Source of the DNA: Catajapyx aquilonaris
Taxonomy: Eukaryota
Length of the DNA: 64,000 nucleotides
Assembly: GCA_000934665.2 (NCBI GenBank)
Contig: JYFJ02001670.1
Coordinates: 1-64,000, forward strand
Direction: 5' to 3'
Positions 9,824-23,250 of the stretch are shown here, one piece after another; position 1 is the first letter of the stretch; each line of letters starts with the position of its first letter. Both the position numbers and the translations under genes were made by a program. The notes below the pieces were generated by a model that had not been told where the DNA came from, ran no database searches, and saw only the letters and a list, made by a program, of their open reading frames with translations.

Positions 9824-10226
9824 GCAAACCTACCAATTTATATATCATCTTAAGGGGGGGAAATACGGATTTTGGGTTCTGCATATAACACCCAAAAGAA
9901 AGAAAAGAATGTTACAGACATGTCTGGATAGTCCATTATTTTCGTGTTCTACCTGAATCTGTGTTTTACTTTCCTTGTATACAAAATACCGCACAAAGTG
10001 AATTTTGCTATCATGTATCATCTTCACCAATTTGTAACACCCGTTTTTGTCCATTTTATGACACCCGTTTTCTCTTTCTGAATTTTTTAATTTGAATTTT
10101 TATTGTAAAAACCAGTTTTTCCGGTATGATGGCGGTTCTGAAATTTGTTCGAGTCTATCTCAGTCTATCACTGATGTTTTTATGCCTCTTTCTGAAGACT
10201 ATGTAGAGTACACCGTACTCCTAATG

Positions 10227-10252
10227 GGACATTCTTTTTCGATGACCCTGTA
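10227..10252. mobile_element. Solo TIR of the Tc1/mariner family seen at 11715-12434
   Basis: gggacattctttttcgatgaccctgta is identical to 12410-12436. Confidence 0.7.
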
Positions 10253-10880
10253 TTGTCGTTTATACTATAGTGATGGGATTCAAGTGTTCCAAATGAAAAA
10301 TCTTAGGTTGACGATAGATTGAGATACGCACCCAATAGCCTATCTCCATCGTCTAACTTTTTAATAATTCTGCTGGATGCACTAGAGTAGATTATTAGTA
10401 GCTACCTTTTCGCTCTTTCGCATGTCGGAAAATCAATGCGCTGTCTGCCGTATTAGACGTATTTTTGCGATTATCGGAAAGCTTGGCCCCCACCCAATGC
10501 TAATGGCTGCGCCCTGCCTATAGCCAAACATTTTTGAGGGGAAACTTCTCTTCCATAAAGAGCTTTCCTAAGTGCGTATAATCCATTGAACCGCCTTACT
10601 TTTGGATTTTAATACTCCTGGTCCTGAAGGCCAAGTTGCACATTGCATCTGTGCTCTAATGATGATTTTTTTCTTTCACGATAAGCAGACTGTCGCGTCG
10701 GCAGACATGGCAGAAGAGATTTCATAATTATTTTGTTACTCGCAGAAAATCTTACTTTTCTAAAAATTAAAAAATAATGACTCTGAACCAATTCTCTATA
10801 ATGATCTATTACGATGCTTTCGTAATTAAACACATTTCTCCTGATAGGGTCCTACAATATAATTATTATGTTCTCTCATA

Positions 10881-11042
10881 GGCCGGGTTGCACCGGCTCC
10901 CGGAATTTATCTGGCCGAAGAAAAGCCGCGCCAGGATAGTTTGTTATTCATTGTTGACACAATTGTTGACAACAAGGAATAACAAACTAACAGGGCTCTT
11001 CTTCGGCTAGACAAATTTTCCGGGAGCTGGTGTAACCCGGCC
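10881..11042. mobile_element. Small MITE (PIF/Harbinger-like) with 3-bp ATA duplication
   Basis: GGCCGGGTTGCACCGGCTCCCGGAA...TTCCGGGAGCTGGTGTAACCCGGCC flanked by ATA on both sides. Confidence 0.75.
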
Positions 11043-11473
11043 ATAACCACTTCTATTATCCTTGATTGGTTCTGGTCATTGCATTTGATCAACCGCATAC
11101 TCTCTATAACTTCTCTTTCAGATTTGCCAGATTCTTTTCTACAATAATTGAAAATAATATATTGTCTCATAAGAAAGCTTAGTGTTTCTCTCCCACTGCT
11201 GCTGGCCCCTTTCTCATCCTAACCAGGGAGCATAATATACTACATGTAGTATATGCTCCCTGTCCTAACTGTATATCCCTATCAATTTTTAGACCAGCAC
11301 TGCTCAGTTTCTTCACTATACAGTACGAGTATATTGTGTTGTGTATGTCTTCAGAAATGGAACTGTCGTCAATATGATCAAGAGCTCTTGATATGATATA
11401 TAAAGGTAGCTTTTCAAGAACTGAAAAGCACATAAAGTTTAATTCAAGTGCCTGATACACATTGCTAGGTGAG

Positions 11474-11709
11474 ACTAAATGCGTAAAACCTTTAATTTTT
11501 GCGTAAAAATACTTGCTGTGTTCGCATCGGAGAGTGTGGGAAGTGTGCGGCGGCCGGCTGGACTTGCACCGGGCCTCGGAGAGTTACGGAGACCGAGGAG
11601 GACCTGCGCGGGACCGGACCAATTCGCACCAAAGGCGCGCAAGTGGGGCGGAGCCCTGCGAGGGGTGTGGGGGGGCGAAGCCCCCCCGCCTCGCAAAGCG
11701 AGTCATTAG
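11474..11709 (+). mobile_element. Short GC-rich Helitron-like fragment with terminal hairpins
   Basis: ggggggcgaagcccccc and ctcgcaaagcgag hairpins just before a cattag end. Confidence 0.35.
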
Positions 11710-11714
11710 ATATA

Positions 11715-12434
11715 CAGGTTCATCGAAACAGAATGTACCAATTTTAAAACCCACTAACTCGAAACCTTTCAGACGTATCTCAATGATTGAAGTTTTTAAA
11801 TGGTAAGAACTATCTAAAGTTTTAGTCTCAACTAAGTTTGTTTCGATATGAACTCCATTTGTCGCTCGAAAAATGTAAATACGGTAATTGGTGCCGTGCC
11901 TATAACCCGACTCAGACATGTCTGAAGTCACCATTGTGAGCCTATTTTATAGGTGATGGAGATTCCGGATCTTTTCATCATACATGTGTCTCCACAAAAA
12001 AAGGTCCATCGGGGTAAGATCTGGGCTTCTGGTAGTGCTAGGCATTGGGAAACTTCTCATTCAAGACTTGGCACACTGCTGGGGGTCTGAACAAATGACA
12101 CTTTCTTACGGCAGGTTTGTTTCATGGATGAGGCGACTTTTTATGTGCATCATCAAGAACAATGTGTGCGGTGTAAAGACCCGTCATCTCCAGCACCTGC
12201 GGTATAGGATTGCAACAGTAACTCCAGATATGATTGAGCAGGTGTGGCACGAGACCGAATACCGTCGTTTTTTATTTGCTGAGCAACAAATGAAGCTAAT
12301 TTCGAAACAAATTAAGGCGAGACCAAAACTTTAGATATTTCTTAGCATTTCAAAACTTAAATTATTTAGATATGTCTACAACATTTTCTAGTTATAGGGT
12401 TCTAAAATTGGGACATTCTTTTTCGATGACCCTG
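11715..12434. mobile_element. Tc1/mariner foldback derivative with transposase remnants
   Basis: TA|CAGGTTCATCGAAACAGAATGTACC...GGGACATTCTTTTTCGATGACCCTG|TA; minus strand encodes PRSPDLTPMDLFLW (~11985-12030); plus strand encodes MDEATF and ATVTPDMIEQVWHETEYR. Confidence 0.85.
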
Positions 12435-14132
12435 TATTAGTGCCCAGGAACTCAGATGCATAACACTCACTTTTAGCTAGTCAATATATTGTAGTTGAAT
12501 GAAATGGCAACAAAATTGGCTTTGGGAGGGGGAAAAATGGATTCTGCATGAATAGAGGTCAGATCAGCTAAAAATAAACTGATAACTTCTACTATGCGAC
12601 GTGATGTATAGTACGTAGTACGAGACTTCTGACAGATATTTGACTCTGGCCAGGGATTGCTAATTTATTCTGTGGAACAATACCATGAAAAATGTGTTCC
12701 CACCTTTGGACTCCGTCACTTGGAACACATTTCAGGCATAGCCTATCTGTTTTTATTTCATGGCGAATGAATGAAGGTATTTTTTGCCCTTCACATATAC
12801 ACTGTCTTGTGCATATATTATGCGAGAGTGTGATAGCAATTTTTCATTAAAACAATACTTTCACTAAATGTTAGCCCTATTAATATTCATGAAGAACTGG
12901 AATGGAGGATGATCATAATTACACTGGAATTGTTTTGTTATTGTACATGAGGATTTACGATCTTAACCCTTTTCTACAAACATTTATCTAGAGTTATAGA
13001 TGACTGTCATAAAACCATAAAAGAATTACTGGACCATCAGAAAGGACTATCATTTGACTGTATATGACTCTGAACATTAATTTGACGTGTTAACATATTT
13101 TGTTATTTGATATTTCTGAAGAATCATTTCCGTTTGGAAGTACCACTTATACTGCATTGTTTTGCAAACACTGCATTTTGTTAGCATTCTTAAAGTATGG
13201 GCATCTTGGGCGTATTATTTGGAGAGTTCCCTCCTAAAACTTCATAACAGCATGGGCATGCGTCGAGATACTCCTACACATAAACCCCCACCACTGGAAC
13301 ATTGTTTGAGCTGTGAGACCAGATTTTGTAATCCTATGATGAGCTCTCTAGCCGCCAAGCCTGTATTTAAAGCCTCTTACAAGTTAATCATTCCATACAC
13401 TCTCATCTACCAATTCTTGTATGAGGCAAAACATGTGAAGGTCACTCGGTGAAAGGTCCTATGACCACGTCAGATAGCGCAAAGGTGTCCCACTGAAACT
13501 GTTCGCAACTTTCACTCGAATTGTAATCAGACATTGTTGTTCAAGTAGGACATCTTCACACATCCTACATACAGCTCAGGTCATTGGCCGGACGTTGCAC
13601 TGACAAGGGAAGTGTCTGTAGGGCCATCGGCCAATCGGCCCGAAAATGACACTAGGGGTAAATCGCAGGCCAGAAATTCATTGGTGAAAGTAAAAAGTCG
13701 CATTAGCCAAGCGTTTTCGAGATATGGGCGACTATAGGTGCCCGGCAAACACGAATAAGTTATTATTTACTGAGCTTGTGACTATTAATTTTTCCACGAA
13801 TTTTTCCGAATATGAAGCCATGGAGAGAGTAGGTAAGCATCGGCAAAAGAAAAAAATAATAATACACTTATTCCCAGCAAGCTGTTTATTTATTCCTGTT
13901 GATTGCAAAAGGGAAGATATGCGGTGATAAACGGTGTCGGGGAAGAAAGAAAAAGAAAACGATGCTCCGAGACGAGAGAGGGAGGGGGGAAAAAAAGTCG
14001 CTTCCCGCGGACTTGAACGCGGAGACTTCGGATCATGACGCGGACGCGCTACCGACTGAGCCACGAAGACTGTTTAGAATTTCTCCTGCCGAATGCGCCC
14101 CATTGTCACCGAGCAGGTTTTCCCGGCACCTA

Positions 14133-15055
14133 CGAGGGGTGTTATATAAGTTCGTGGTTTCAAGTAGACATACGCGAGACATGACAAAGAAACAATTTTA
14201 TTTCTCAACATAGTCCCCACACTGGTCAATACACTTTGTCCATCTTCGTGGCAACTTCTCCAAACCGCTCCGGTAGAAGGAAGAATCCCACCCCCCCCAA
14301 GACGTCCTCCACAGCTGCCTTGACCTCTTCGTCACTCCCATGGAGTCGACCCCGCAGGTGTTTCTTCATGTTCGGGAACAGGTAGAGGTGCCCAGGTTTC
14401 ATCCTGTGTGACCAGACGAGCGTAAAATCCTTCTGCATCAGCATTCAGCAGGTCCAAATTTGATTGTGACATCTCCCGACGCGCCGAATTCCTGTTCTGG
14501 CGACAACATTCGGGGTACCCGTCGTGCTGACACCTTCCACAGGCGCAGGTGGTCATGTAGTATGGTGTGGATGGAAAATGTTGAGATGCCCACCACCTCA
14601 GCAAGGTACCTGATAGTCAGTCTTCGGTCTCCCATCACTAGTTCCTCCACTTTGGCCACATTTTCTTCAGTGGTGGAACACACGGGTCTTACGGAGCGGG
14701 GGTCGTCTTCTAGGCTGTCTCGGCCGTGTTTGGAGAGGGCAGTCAACTTCTGGATCATGCTGTTGGATGGTGCATCGCCAGCCAATGTATCCTTCATGTC
14801 CTCAAAGATGTCCTTGGCACCCATTCCCTTTGCCACCAGGTATTGGATGACCGCGCGATGTGTGATGTTCGCCATCTTCACACGATGCTGCGCACCCCTT
14901 CACATCGGAATTATTTCTGAACCCAAGGACTTTGACACCTATGTCAATTGGGTGGATATAGGGGTTTGAAGGGTGGCTCGATTTAATGGCACTGTTTAGC
15001 TTCCGCATTTGCTTCTCCTTCTAGGCGAAACCACGAACTTATATAACACCCCTCG
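14133..15055 (-). mobile_element. Internally deleted mariner transposon
   Basis: TA|CGAGGGGTGTTATATAAGTTCGTGGTTT...AAACCACGAACTTATATAACACCCCTCG|TA. Confidence 0.95.
14226..14875 (-). pseudogene. Mariner transposase pseudogene (HTH intact; catalytic domain frameshifted and largely deleted)
   Basis: HRAVIQYL...LEDDPRSVRP...DRRLTIRYLAEVVGIS...SARRVPRML; VTQDETW (first catalytic D) joined directly to C-terminal YLFPNMKKHLRGRLHGSDEEVKAAVED. Confidence 0.92.
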
Positions 15056-15289
15056 TATAGTCGCCCATATCTCGAAAACGCTTGGCTAATGCGACTTTTT
15101 ACTTTCACCAATGAATTTCTGGCCTGCGATTTACCCCTAGTGTCATTTTCGGGCCGATTGGCCGATGGCCCTACAGACACTTCCCTTGTGAGTGACTTAC
15201 ATATTTTACCTTACATACAGAATTTGGGCAGGCCTAAATGGTGTGACTGAGAGGCGAAGGAATATGGCCGAAATGGATTGGTCCCTCCA

Positions 15290-15740
15290 GTGATATAAAT
15301 AAAGTTCGCATGCGAACAGCAGTCCCGAGTCGAGGTTTGCGTGGGTGTGAAGCTTCCTTCACATGTTTTCGAATTATTTATTGTCTGCGCAACGTATGCA
15401 CTGGAGAGTAGACACTTTGTATTCAAGTACTTACAAATAAGCAGCTCCCATGGAATGCCATATCGAACGATATGCTGCTATGATCCTACTGTCTATCCCC
15501 AACCAGTCTTTATTACATCTAGTTGGAAGGTGACCACCGATATTATCTCTATAGTGAAGTTGCATGTGGTCCAATGATAGCGGAAATTTATTTACAAAGT
15601 GTTTAACACGAAAAGTGCCCATTCCACAACATGCATGCGTTGCGCAGATAATAAATAATTCGAAAACACGTAAAGGAAACGCCACACCGACGCATACCTC
15701 AACTCGGGACAGCCGTTCAAACGCGGACTTTATTTTTATC
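15290..15740. mobile_element. Degenerate MITE with ~130-bp inverted arms
   Basis: 15296-15430 pairs with 15600-15740 (ttttcgaattatttat..tctgcgcaacg / cgttgcgcaga..ataaataattcgaaaa). Confidence 0.7.
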
Positions 15741-18700
15741 GTTAACTTGGGCAGTACCACGGGCAGTACACTACTTCTGTAATGGGCTTACAAAATCTGA
15801 TCTAAGAGTATTAAAAAATGCCTTAATCGGCAGGCGCTTCTGTGAGAGTATCTAATTATACAGTATGATTATTGTAATGCTGCTCTTGATTGTTACTCGA
15901 GACTACACGGAAATAGGAATGTAGGGAGTAATTTTTGAACACACTCTATAGGTATTTTTTGTAAGATCATGATTGTGTGAAACCATGAACGGAATAATTT
16001 GATAGTGGCGAAGTGGGTGCCCCCTATACTAGGGCTGTGTTCAGTGGTTCTTAAAAGGGAGAGAATAACTCTGCATTACTCGGCGTGAATCATAAACATT
16101 CAATTGAGTAGTGGACCACTTGGAAATAATTAATTGGTGGTGGTAATGTAAAGGTAATTTGGCACATTTTTAATTGAGTGCAGCAAGCATGTTTGCATTA
16201 TTATGAGTACGATGGGATGCCGCACACTACAGTATAATGTGACATGCCTGGAAAAAAATGTTAGCTGGTGTGCTCATCCTAATCAAATATAGATCTACTA
16301 CTGTATTAGGCTATACGAAGGAATGCAAACAACAAACGCGTTGACCTTTCAATGAAGTTGCAAGGAATGCAATATTCGAGGTAAAAGAGTTCAAAGGGAC
16401 GTCACAGTGATAGGTGGAGTAGTTAGAGTGACAAACTGTAACATAATAATATTGTGAGAAAATAATGACCCATTGTGAAACCTAAGTGAAATCACATAGG
16501 TGCAGAAGAATACATTTTCCTCCGGAGCTAAGAGCGTTCCAATAGTTGCCCCAGATTGTGTGGTTATTAGACCAATCAAGTGGAAGAACTGACTCACAAA
16601 TAATAAAAATTGTATCCATTTTTACCTTATCATACCAGAGATTGTGTACTGAAATGGGAAGGGCTATTTACTCACAGGAATAATCCCATACACGATACAC
16701 CATATTACGATACAGTATTCATTCTTGGTACTGTACACCAACCAATCAATAAACATGTAAAATTAACTCAAAACACCGGCAATTTTTACTGCAGGTTGTT
16801 TACCTGGAGTCAACTTGTATTGATTCAAAATTCTGTTAAAATTGCTTATTTTATCATGGTCTCGGGCATAGATTAATAAATTAATATATGGTTTGGGGTA
16901 TTAATGTGTGGTGAGTGTAGGAATATTTAAACTACAGGGGTAGGGTGCGATGTCACCGTAGTGGCTAATGTCACACCCTTCGACTTCTGAGGTCCCTATA
17001 GTTAAATCCCCAGTCAAACAAAGGATTTTCTCACTTGAAAAGGATTTCGAGACTAGACAAATCCCATTCACTCTGGACAACCAACGCAGTTTTTTTTTTA
17101 ACAGGGTTCCGTCGGGATGAGACACACGGCAGTTATTCCGTCGTTCCGTCGAACACCAGCGGAAGACAGAGCGGAAAAAAACCGCTCAGTTTTCCGCCGG
17201 GGGACAATAATCAAACTGCAATACATTGATTCCGGCGGGGGAAGGACACACTACCGACGGAAAAAGCGGGTTCGCTGGCCCTGCACCAGGGGGATTGGTA
17301 GCTGAAAGGGCCGCGAGGCGGCAGCATGGTCGACGGAAATTCCGCTTGACAAAACGTTGCAAAATCAAACCGCGCCGGAATTTCCGTCGCGGAGATTCCG
17401 CCTAGTGTGGCCAGGACCTTATTAATAAGGCCTGTTTCCACCGGCATAATTTTTGTTCTGGACAAAATTTATGCCACAATAATTTTGTTTCCCTGGCCAT
17501 TTTTGTGCAGCATAAATAAACACTTGCTCCAACCAGGACGATTTTTGTTCTTTTCACAAAATGAAACAAAAATGAGCGCTCAGAAGGGAGCACCCAAAGT
17601 TGCGAATGTATTTGATTAAAACTCAATCCCCATCCGAAAATCGTGCTTGAATTATCGCAAAATAATTTCGATAAGTCCACCACGGTTGGCCATCTTGTAT
17701 TTCCATTTTGTGCCGGGCACAATTATTTTGTGAAAAGTTCAAAATTTTGTACTATGGAATAATATATTCCAAACTGTTTCATTTTGTGCGTTTCTTTTTG
17801 TGCTCAAAAATTATATATTTCTCTATTTTCTTCAAACACCGTGCAGGGATGAAAGGATATGGGTAAGGATAACCAGTTTTATTAAGTTTTACGGTATAAT
17901 GTGAGAAGGCCAAATCAGTCGTATTCAAATGCTGAAATTTCATTTCTTTTACATATAAATAATCTACCATAATATGGCTTTCTCAAACTTGCTCAGTTTA
18001 AGTAACGTTGCCACATATCGGTTAGCAGGTTTTCCTTAGCTGTATTGAATTTTCCCAACTTGAATGCTTGCTTCAGCAGTGTTCTCGATTTTATTTCCTA
18101 CAGTACAGATCACGAGGTTTTTAATTTCAACTGAAAAAAGCACTTAATTCTCTTTGAGCACTCACATTCAGCAGGTATAAGCTTCCTCTTTGTGCCCCTG
18201 GAAAGACCACCAGACACACTCAGATGCTGCAGATGAAAATAGTCCCATCTGCTTTTCTGTACGTGACGTAAGAGTTGCGTAAGAGAAGGCTTCAAAGGAC
18301 ACAAATAAAGAATGGCAGCAAAATGATGAGAAATACACCTGAGAGACGGGGGGGTTGCGTCATACGGAGCAAATCTTCGGCATAGAAGTGAAATCCCCTA
18401 AATTAAAAAAAAAAACAAGTCTCTAAATAATCAAAAGCAAAGATTCGACCTTGCTCTTGTTTACATGGTAATGAGGACAGCAAATCCTGGCTTCCTGGCT
18501 AATTAGGAATCTTTAGGACTAAAATAATGGACTTCACCAACGAAAGAGAATAAATGCTACTAAGTGGTGTCAATAATCCAAACTCGCCAAAATGGGATTT
18601 AATGGATTTTTCTTCTAGGCCTGTAATAATTATTATAGCTCACGTGATATTTTTAGTAGCATAAGAGTTATTATCCACATGCCAAGTACTTGCAATTATT

Positions 18701-19228
18701 CCCCTGGTATTGTATGACAGCGTTATTAGACTCGTACTTAAATATCTCAAAAGTATCCTTCATATCTCATAATTCTAAACTTAAATACGCTATAACATAA
18801 CACTTTCATAGGTCATTGGAATTTCCATAATAGCTCGAGGCTTGAGGTTATTAGCCTACTATAGACATGATGTCCGGCTTTTGAATGGGAGAACTGAAAG
18901 TCCTCATTGCAGTCAATGGCCATAGCTAGATGTAATATGATAATAGTCTATGTCATTAGGCGTCCTCGCAATACAGCAAATGTGAGCTATACGCTATTGA
19001 AAGCTTAGGTTACACGTGTTTTCACCGGCCAGTTTGTGATATAACCTTGACTCAAAAAAAGTTCAGAATCAATATTAGAATAATAATAATTATTATTATC
19101 CTTTGTGTACTCACTATTCAGCTACATTTGAAACCATATACAGTACTCTATAATAACGAAAACCTTTACCAAGATACGGAATGGTGAAAGAGATCTGACA
19201 ACTTGTGCATTTCCCATCTCACAACTCA

Positions 19229-19822
19229 CAATGGAAGTGTAAGACGTGTTGTCCGTGGAGTTTCTGAATGAAACTTGGGACAATAATATAGGCAGGTAAG
19301 TTATTAAAGAAAATGCAAACAATTTAGGCGCATGCCCACAAGGTCAAAAGTTATGACCTCTCGAACTCACAAGGGACACTTTCCAAGGTCTCACCGATTT
19401 TCTTGAAATTCGGTGCATTGGTAGCCCACCCCAAGGGATGAAAAACGCACCTAAAGTGACCTGCTCAAAATGACCCGGTGACCCCTTTTTTGGGGCTACC
19501 AATGCACCGAATTTCAAGAAAATGGGTGAGTTTTCGGCATTTAACAGTTGACCTCTGCCCCACAAAAAGGGGTCACCGGGTCATTTTGAGCAGGTCACTT
19601 TAGGTGCGTTTTTCATCCCTTGGGGTGGGCTACCAATGCACCGAATTTCAAGAAAATCGGTGAGACCTTGGAAAGTGTCCTTTGTGAGTTCGAGGGGCCA
19701 TAACTTTTGACCTCGTGGGCATCCGCCTTAATTGTTTGCATTTTCTTAAATAACTTACCTGCCTATATTATTGTCCCAAGTTTCATTCAGAAACTCCACG
19801 GACAACACTTACACTTCCCTTG
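19229..19822. mobile_element. Second Tc4/Tc5-type MITE (CTNAG target, TCA duplication), almost fully palindromic
   Basis: C-TCA|CAATGGAAGTGT...ACACTTCCCTTG|TCA-G; ~265-bp arms (19229-~19496 and ~19558-19822). Confidence 0.88.
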
Positions 19823-22800
19823 TCAGATGTGTCTTGACTAATAAACTTTTTGGGGCTTCTCAAATGAGCGAGAAAGGCTGCAGTTGTGCCTTCGTAGGTA
19901 GACCTCATTGCAGGTTTATAATTTATGGACCTTGTTTCCTTCAACGTTGCAGCAAGTTCGCCATGTTACTCTATCTGTTTTATTTGATAGCAATGTGTTA
20001 AATTCAGGAGTGACTTTCTGACCTTCTGACTCCTACCATATGCATAAATTGCTTTGGGACAGCATAGATAGTCTTTTAAAATGGAAATATTTTTTCATGT
20101 GAATACAGACTTACTCGTATGTGACACTGATGTATAATTTAGATGGAACTCAGAATCAAATAAATTACTTTTTTCATGTTTCCTCACATATCTTATTGCA
20201 TTAGGAAAATTTTCAACACATGTATATTCCACGAGCTTATCTAACAAAATTATGTCAGCAGTCCAGAACTTTATGGCCGGATGCCTGATTGAGGTAAAGC
20301 TTTTCTTACTCTCGTTACGTTATTATTTTGTTCAAATTGTAGTCTACTGTACATAGCCCAACATAATTATCTTGAGATTTACTTTTAGTTAATATCATAC
20401 GTTACTGCATTTATACATAAAAATTTTAAAGGGTCATTATTTTATGGCTTCATGAACAATTTGTGCAGTGATTCAGTTATTTAAAAGTCAGAAGCAATCA
20501 TTGCTCTAATCATAGCACGCAAACAAGCCTTTTATTATTTTTACATCTGTTCAACATATTATTTATGGAAAAAATTATTAACAAAATGCCGATATGATTG
20601 TGAACGGGGCAGGTAGTTTAGGCTTCGAATTTACTGGTATCAATGAGTCAACTAAAAACCTGCCAGTTCCACAGGTTTAGATTTCAGAAGATACAATATC
20701 TTACAATAAACCTGAAACGATATAGCGAAAAAAGATGCATTCAAAAAGTATCTTAATTAAGGACCTCGACAAAATTTACGTCTATCGTTAATTTTAATAA
20801 ATTGATTTCTAAAACTGTCACCCTCCTAAACTACATTAGATTTCATATTCATAGCCATGTAGATAATCCTCTTATTATAATATTATTTCTACTTGGTTTA
20901 ACCGTGGTTCGTGAAAACTCACCTAAAGTTAGATCAGTGGCTGCGACTCGAGTTCCGTCAACTTCCGACATTTTTCCAAAAGTCGAATAATTATTATGCC
21001 CCATAGCGCCATAGGGCCATATAGACTACTGAAGGTACAGTACAGTGTGTATGTCGTCATGACATGACGACTTTGTGTTTCCAGAAGTTGATTGCAGGAA
21101 AGGAACGGAAAAATAGTTTGATTTGGAATCCTAGCATTTTGTAGGCCACATGCCTTAGAGAAAAAATACGGTAATCTGTCGAACTAATAAAAAATTACGC
21201 AATGGAAAGGTTCCGCGGAATATAGGTTATGTTACAGTTACAGACAGTTGAAATATGAAGATATTTGATACCATCTCACCGGAGTAAAGGTCTATTCTTT
21301 ATTCATCGATATAATAATTATTATACATTAAATTTCTGCAATGGAGAGTAGTCTATTGTAGAAGAACATAATATAGTTTCAAAAATTACCTGGCACAAAG
21401 AGATGCCATATAGGCCACTTTCCCCACTATTAGCCTGCTATTACTGCTGGTATTCTCCAATAAGGATGCTGCTTTTGGGCAATAAAGTCCGTTAATATCA
21501 GTAAATTAGTATTAATTGTCGGATACTAATAGCGTAAAAACGAACTCTTTTTACGGTAATGGTAATCCGGTTGCTAATTTAAGTGTCACAATTATTTTGA
21601 AGTCAGGGGGAAATTGTTTCCGGATGTATTCTGTATACCCGCAAAGTAGGAGTTGCAAACTTATTTGATGACGGAAACTGTGGTTGTAACTATTTCAAAA
21701 AGTTATGGATGTGACTTTACGTAACGGAACAAGGCGATGAGGTACAAAGTAGCATGGACAGGATCGCTCAATAAAGTCAAGGCCAGCACCTGTAAGTGGT
21801 CAGAAGGTGTGAATTTTTTTTAGAAATACTGCATAGTGAATTTGCTCAAGTGTGGCAGACTTCCTGCTAATCCAGCAGGAACTTTATAGAGATAATGCCG
21901 GATAATGCTCAGAAAGGATCGGAGAAGTCATTAGCGTGGTGGATATTACTTTGAGAAATGTTTCCTTCAAAATGCTGGCGTTTAATCAAGCACAATTTGC
22001 GGAGTTGATTAATGATGTCCAATCAATGGGTCCTAAATAATGCAACGAAAACAATACCTACTCTCAAGAGTTATTTTCATTAGCCTAATATTTACATAAC
22101 TTCTAAAAGTAAGGAAAACAAGAATGTTGTCTCTCCAAACATCCCTTCACCACTTAGTGTTAGTAGCAGGCGATATTTTTCATCGCACCACAACGCAACG
22201 GTTTAAAATCACCCCCTCCCAACCTCTCATCCCCCCCCCCCCATCACTGTCCACTTTGTTCAATAATCAACAAATTCATGAGTAGAACCTTAAGCTATAT
22301 CTGAAATCTCTCAACAGATCCTAATTAACACGCATATACACACCAATAACACTGTTGCCCCCTAATTGCGCAATCCTCTACTAATCCCGCAAGTCTGCAC
22401 CGGATAAATATTAGATCAATATGAATCCCATCATCAATCAAGTAGGTAACTATATGTACGTAGCACTGATGCAAGTCCCCCTCATTCCCCATCAGTCGAT
22501 TCAATAATTCCGCTCCATATGCTATAAACGCGATCATCCGCATCATCCCTGAATTGGTTGTTTTCGATATTTAGTCGTTGATGTGTAGAAAACCTCGCTG
22601 TTCTGGTTCTGCAGTGGCTTCAGTAACATGAACCACATATGCCTAGCGTCCTACATATAGGACACATGTATTGTTGAGTTATTGTTAGTTTTTAATCTAG
22701 CCTACTCAAAAACAAATTAAACATTCAGTTCTTAGCTTTCTGTTCAGTGTGATAAGGTTAACCTCAAGTTGCGTGGCAGGAGATGTGAGATATATGGCTG

Positions 22801-23160
22801 TAGGATGTCTGCCTTGATTATTGACAGGGTAGAGCTGCAGCCATGGCCCATAGTGTAGAACGATCGCACGAGAACATGCCCGGGAGATTTCACCGGGCAC
22901 GGTGTATCCTGGCAGGTTTTAGGCCTATGCCAAGCTGGGATTACAATGAGAAGCAGGTTACTCTGCAGGAATTACTGCGTTGGTTTTGTGGGTAAGAACC
23001 ACAGAGCTATGGGGCTTTCATGGGGATGCCAAATCTGTGTCATATTTGACATGATTTATTATTCCTCCATGCAGGTTGAATTGACAGCCACATGGCTCAT
23101 CCAGCTAGGTATTACTCTATTTTTAAAAGAACTATAATGGCGGCTGTTCCATTGCCTCAA

Positions 23161-23250
23161 GTCTTGAAATGTGGACATTTAAATGTCCACATTTCAAGAC
23201 AATTACGCTAAGTTAGTAATTCAAATTTGTATTACTAACTTAGTGTAATT
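23161..23250. repeat. Two abutting palindromes (40-bp perfect; 50-bp hairpin)
   Basis: gtcttgaaatgtggacattt|aaatgtccacatttcaagac, then aattacgctaagttagtaat...attactaacttagtgtaatt. Confidence 0.9.

Larger units (their letters stand above)
13604..15188. mobile_element. Tc4/Tc5-type MITE (CTNAG target, TGA duplication) interrupted by a mariner
   Basis: C-TGA|CAAGGGAAGTGTCTG...CAGACACTTCCCTTG|TGA-G; ~130-bp essentially perfect TIRs (13604-13734 and 15058-15188). Confidence 0.85.

Noticed and set aside
14460..14969. 169-aa plus-strand ORF
   Set aside because: Antisense to the mariner transposase.
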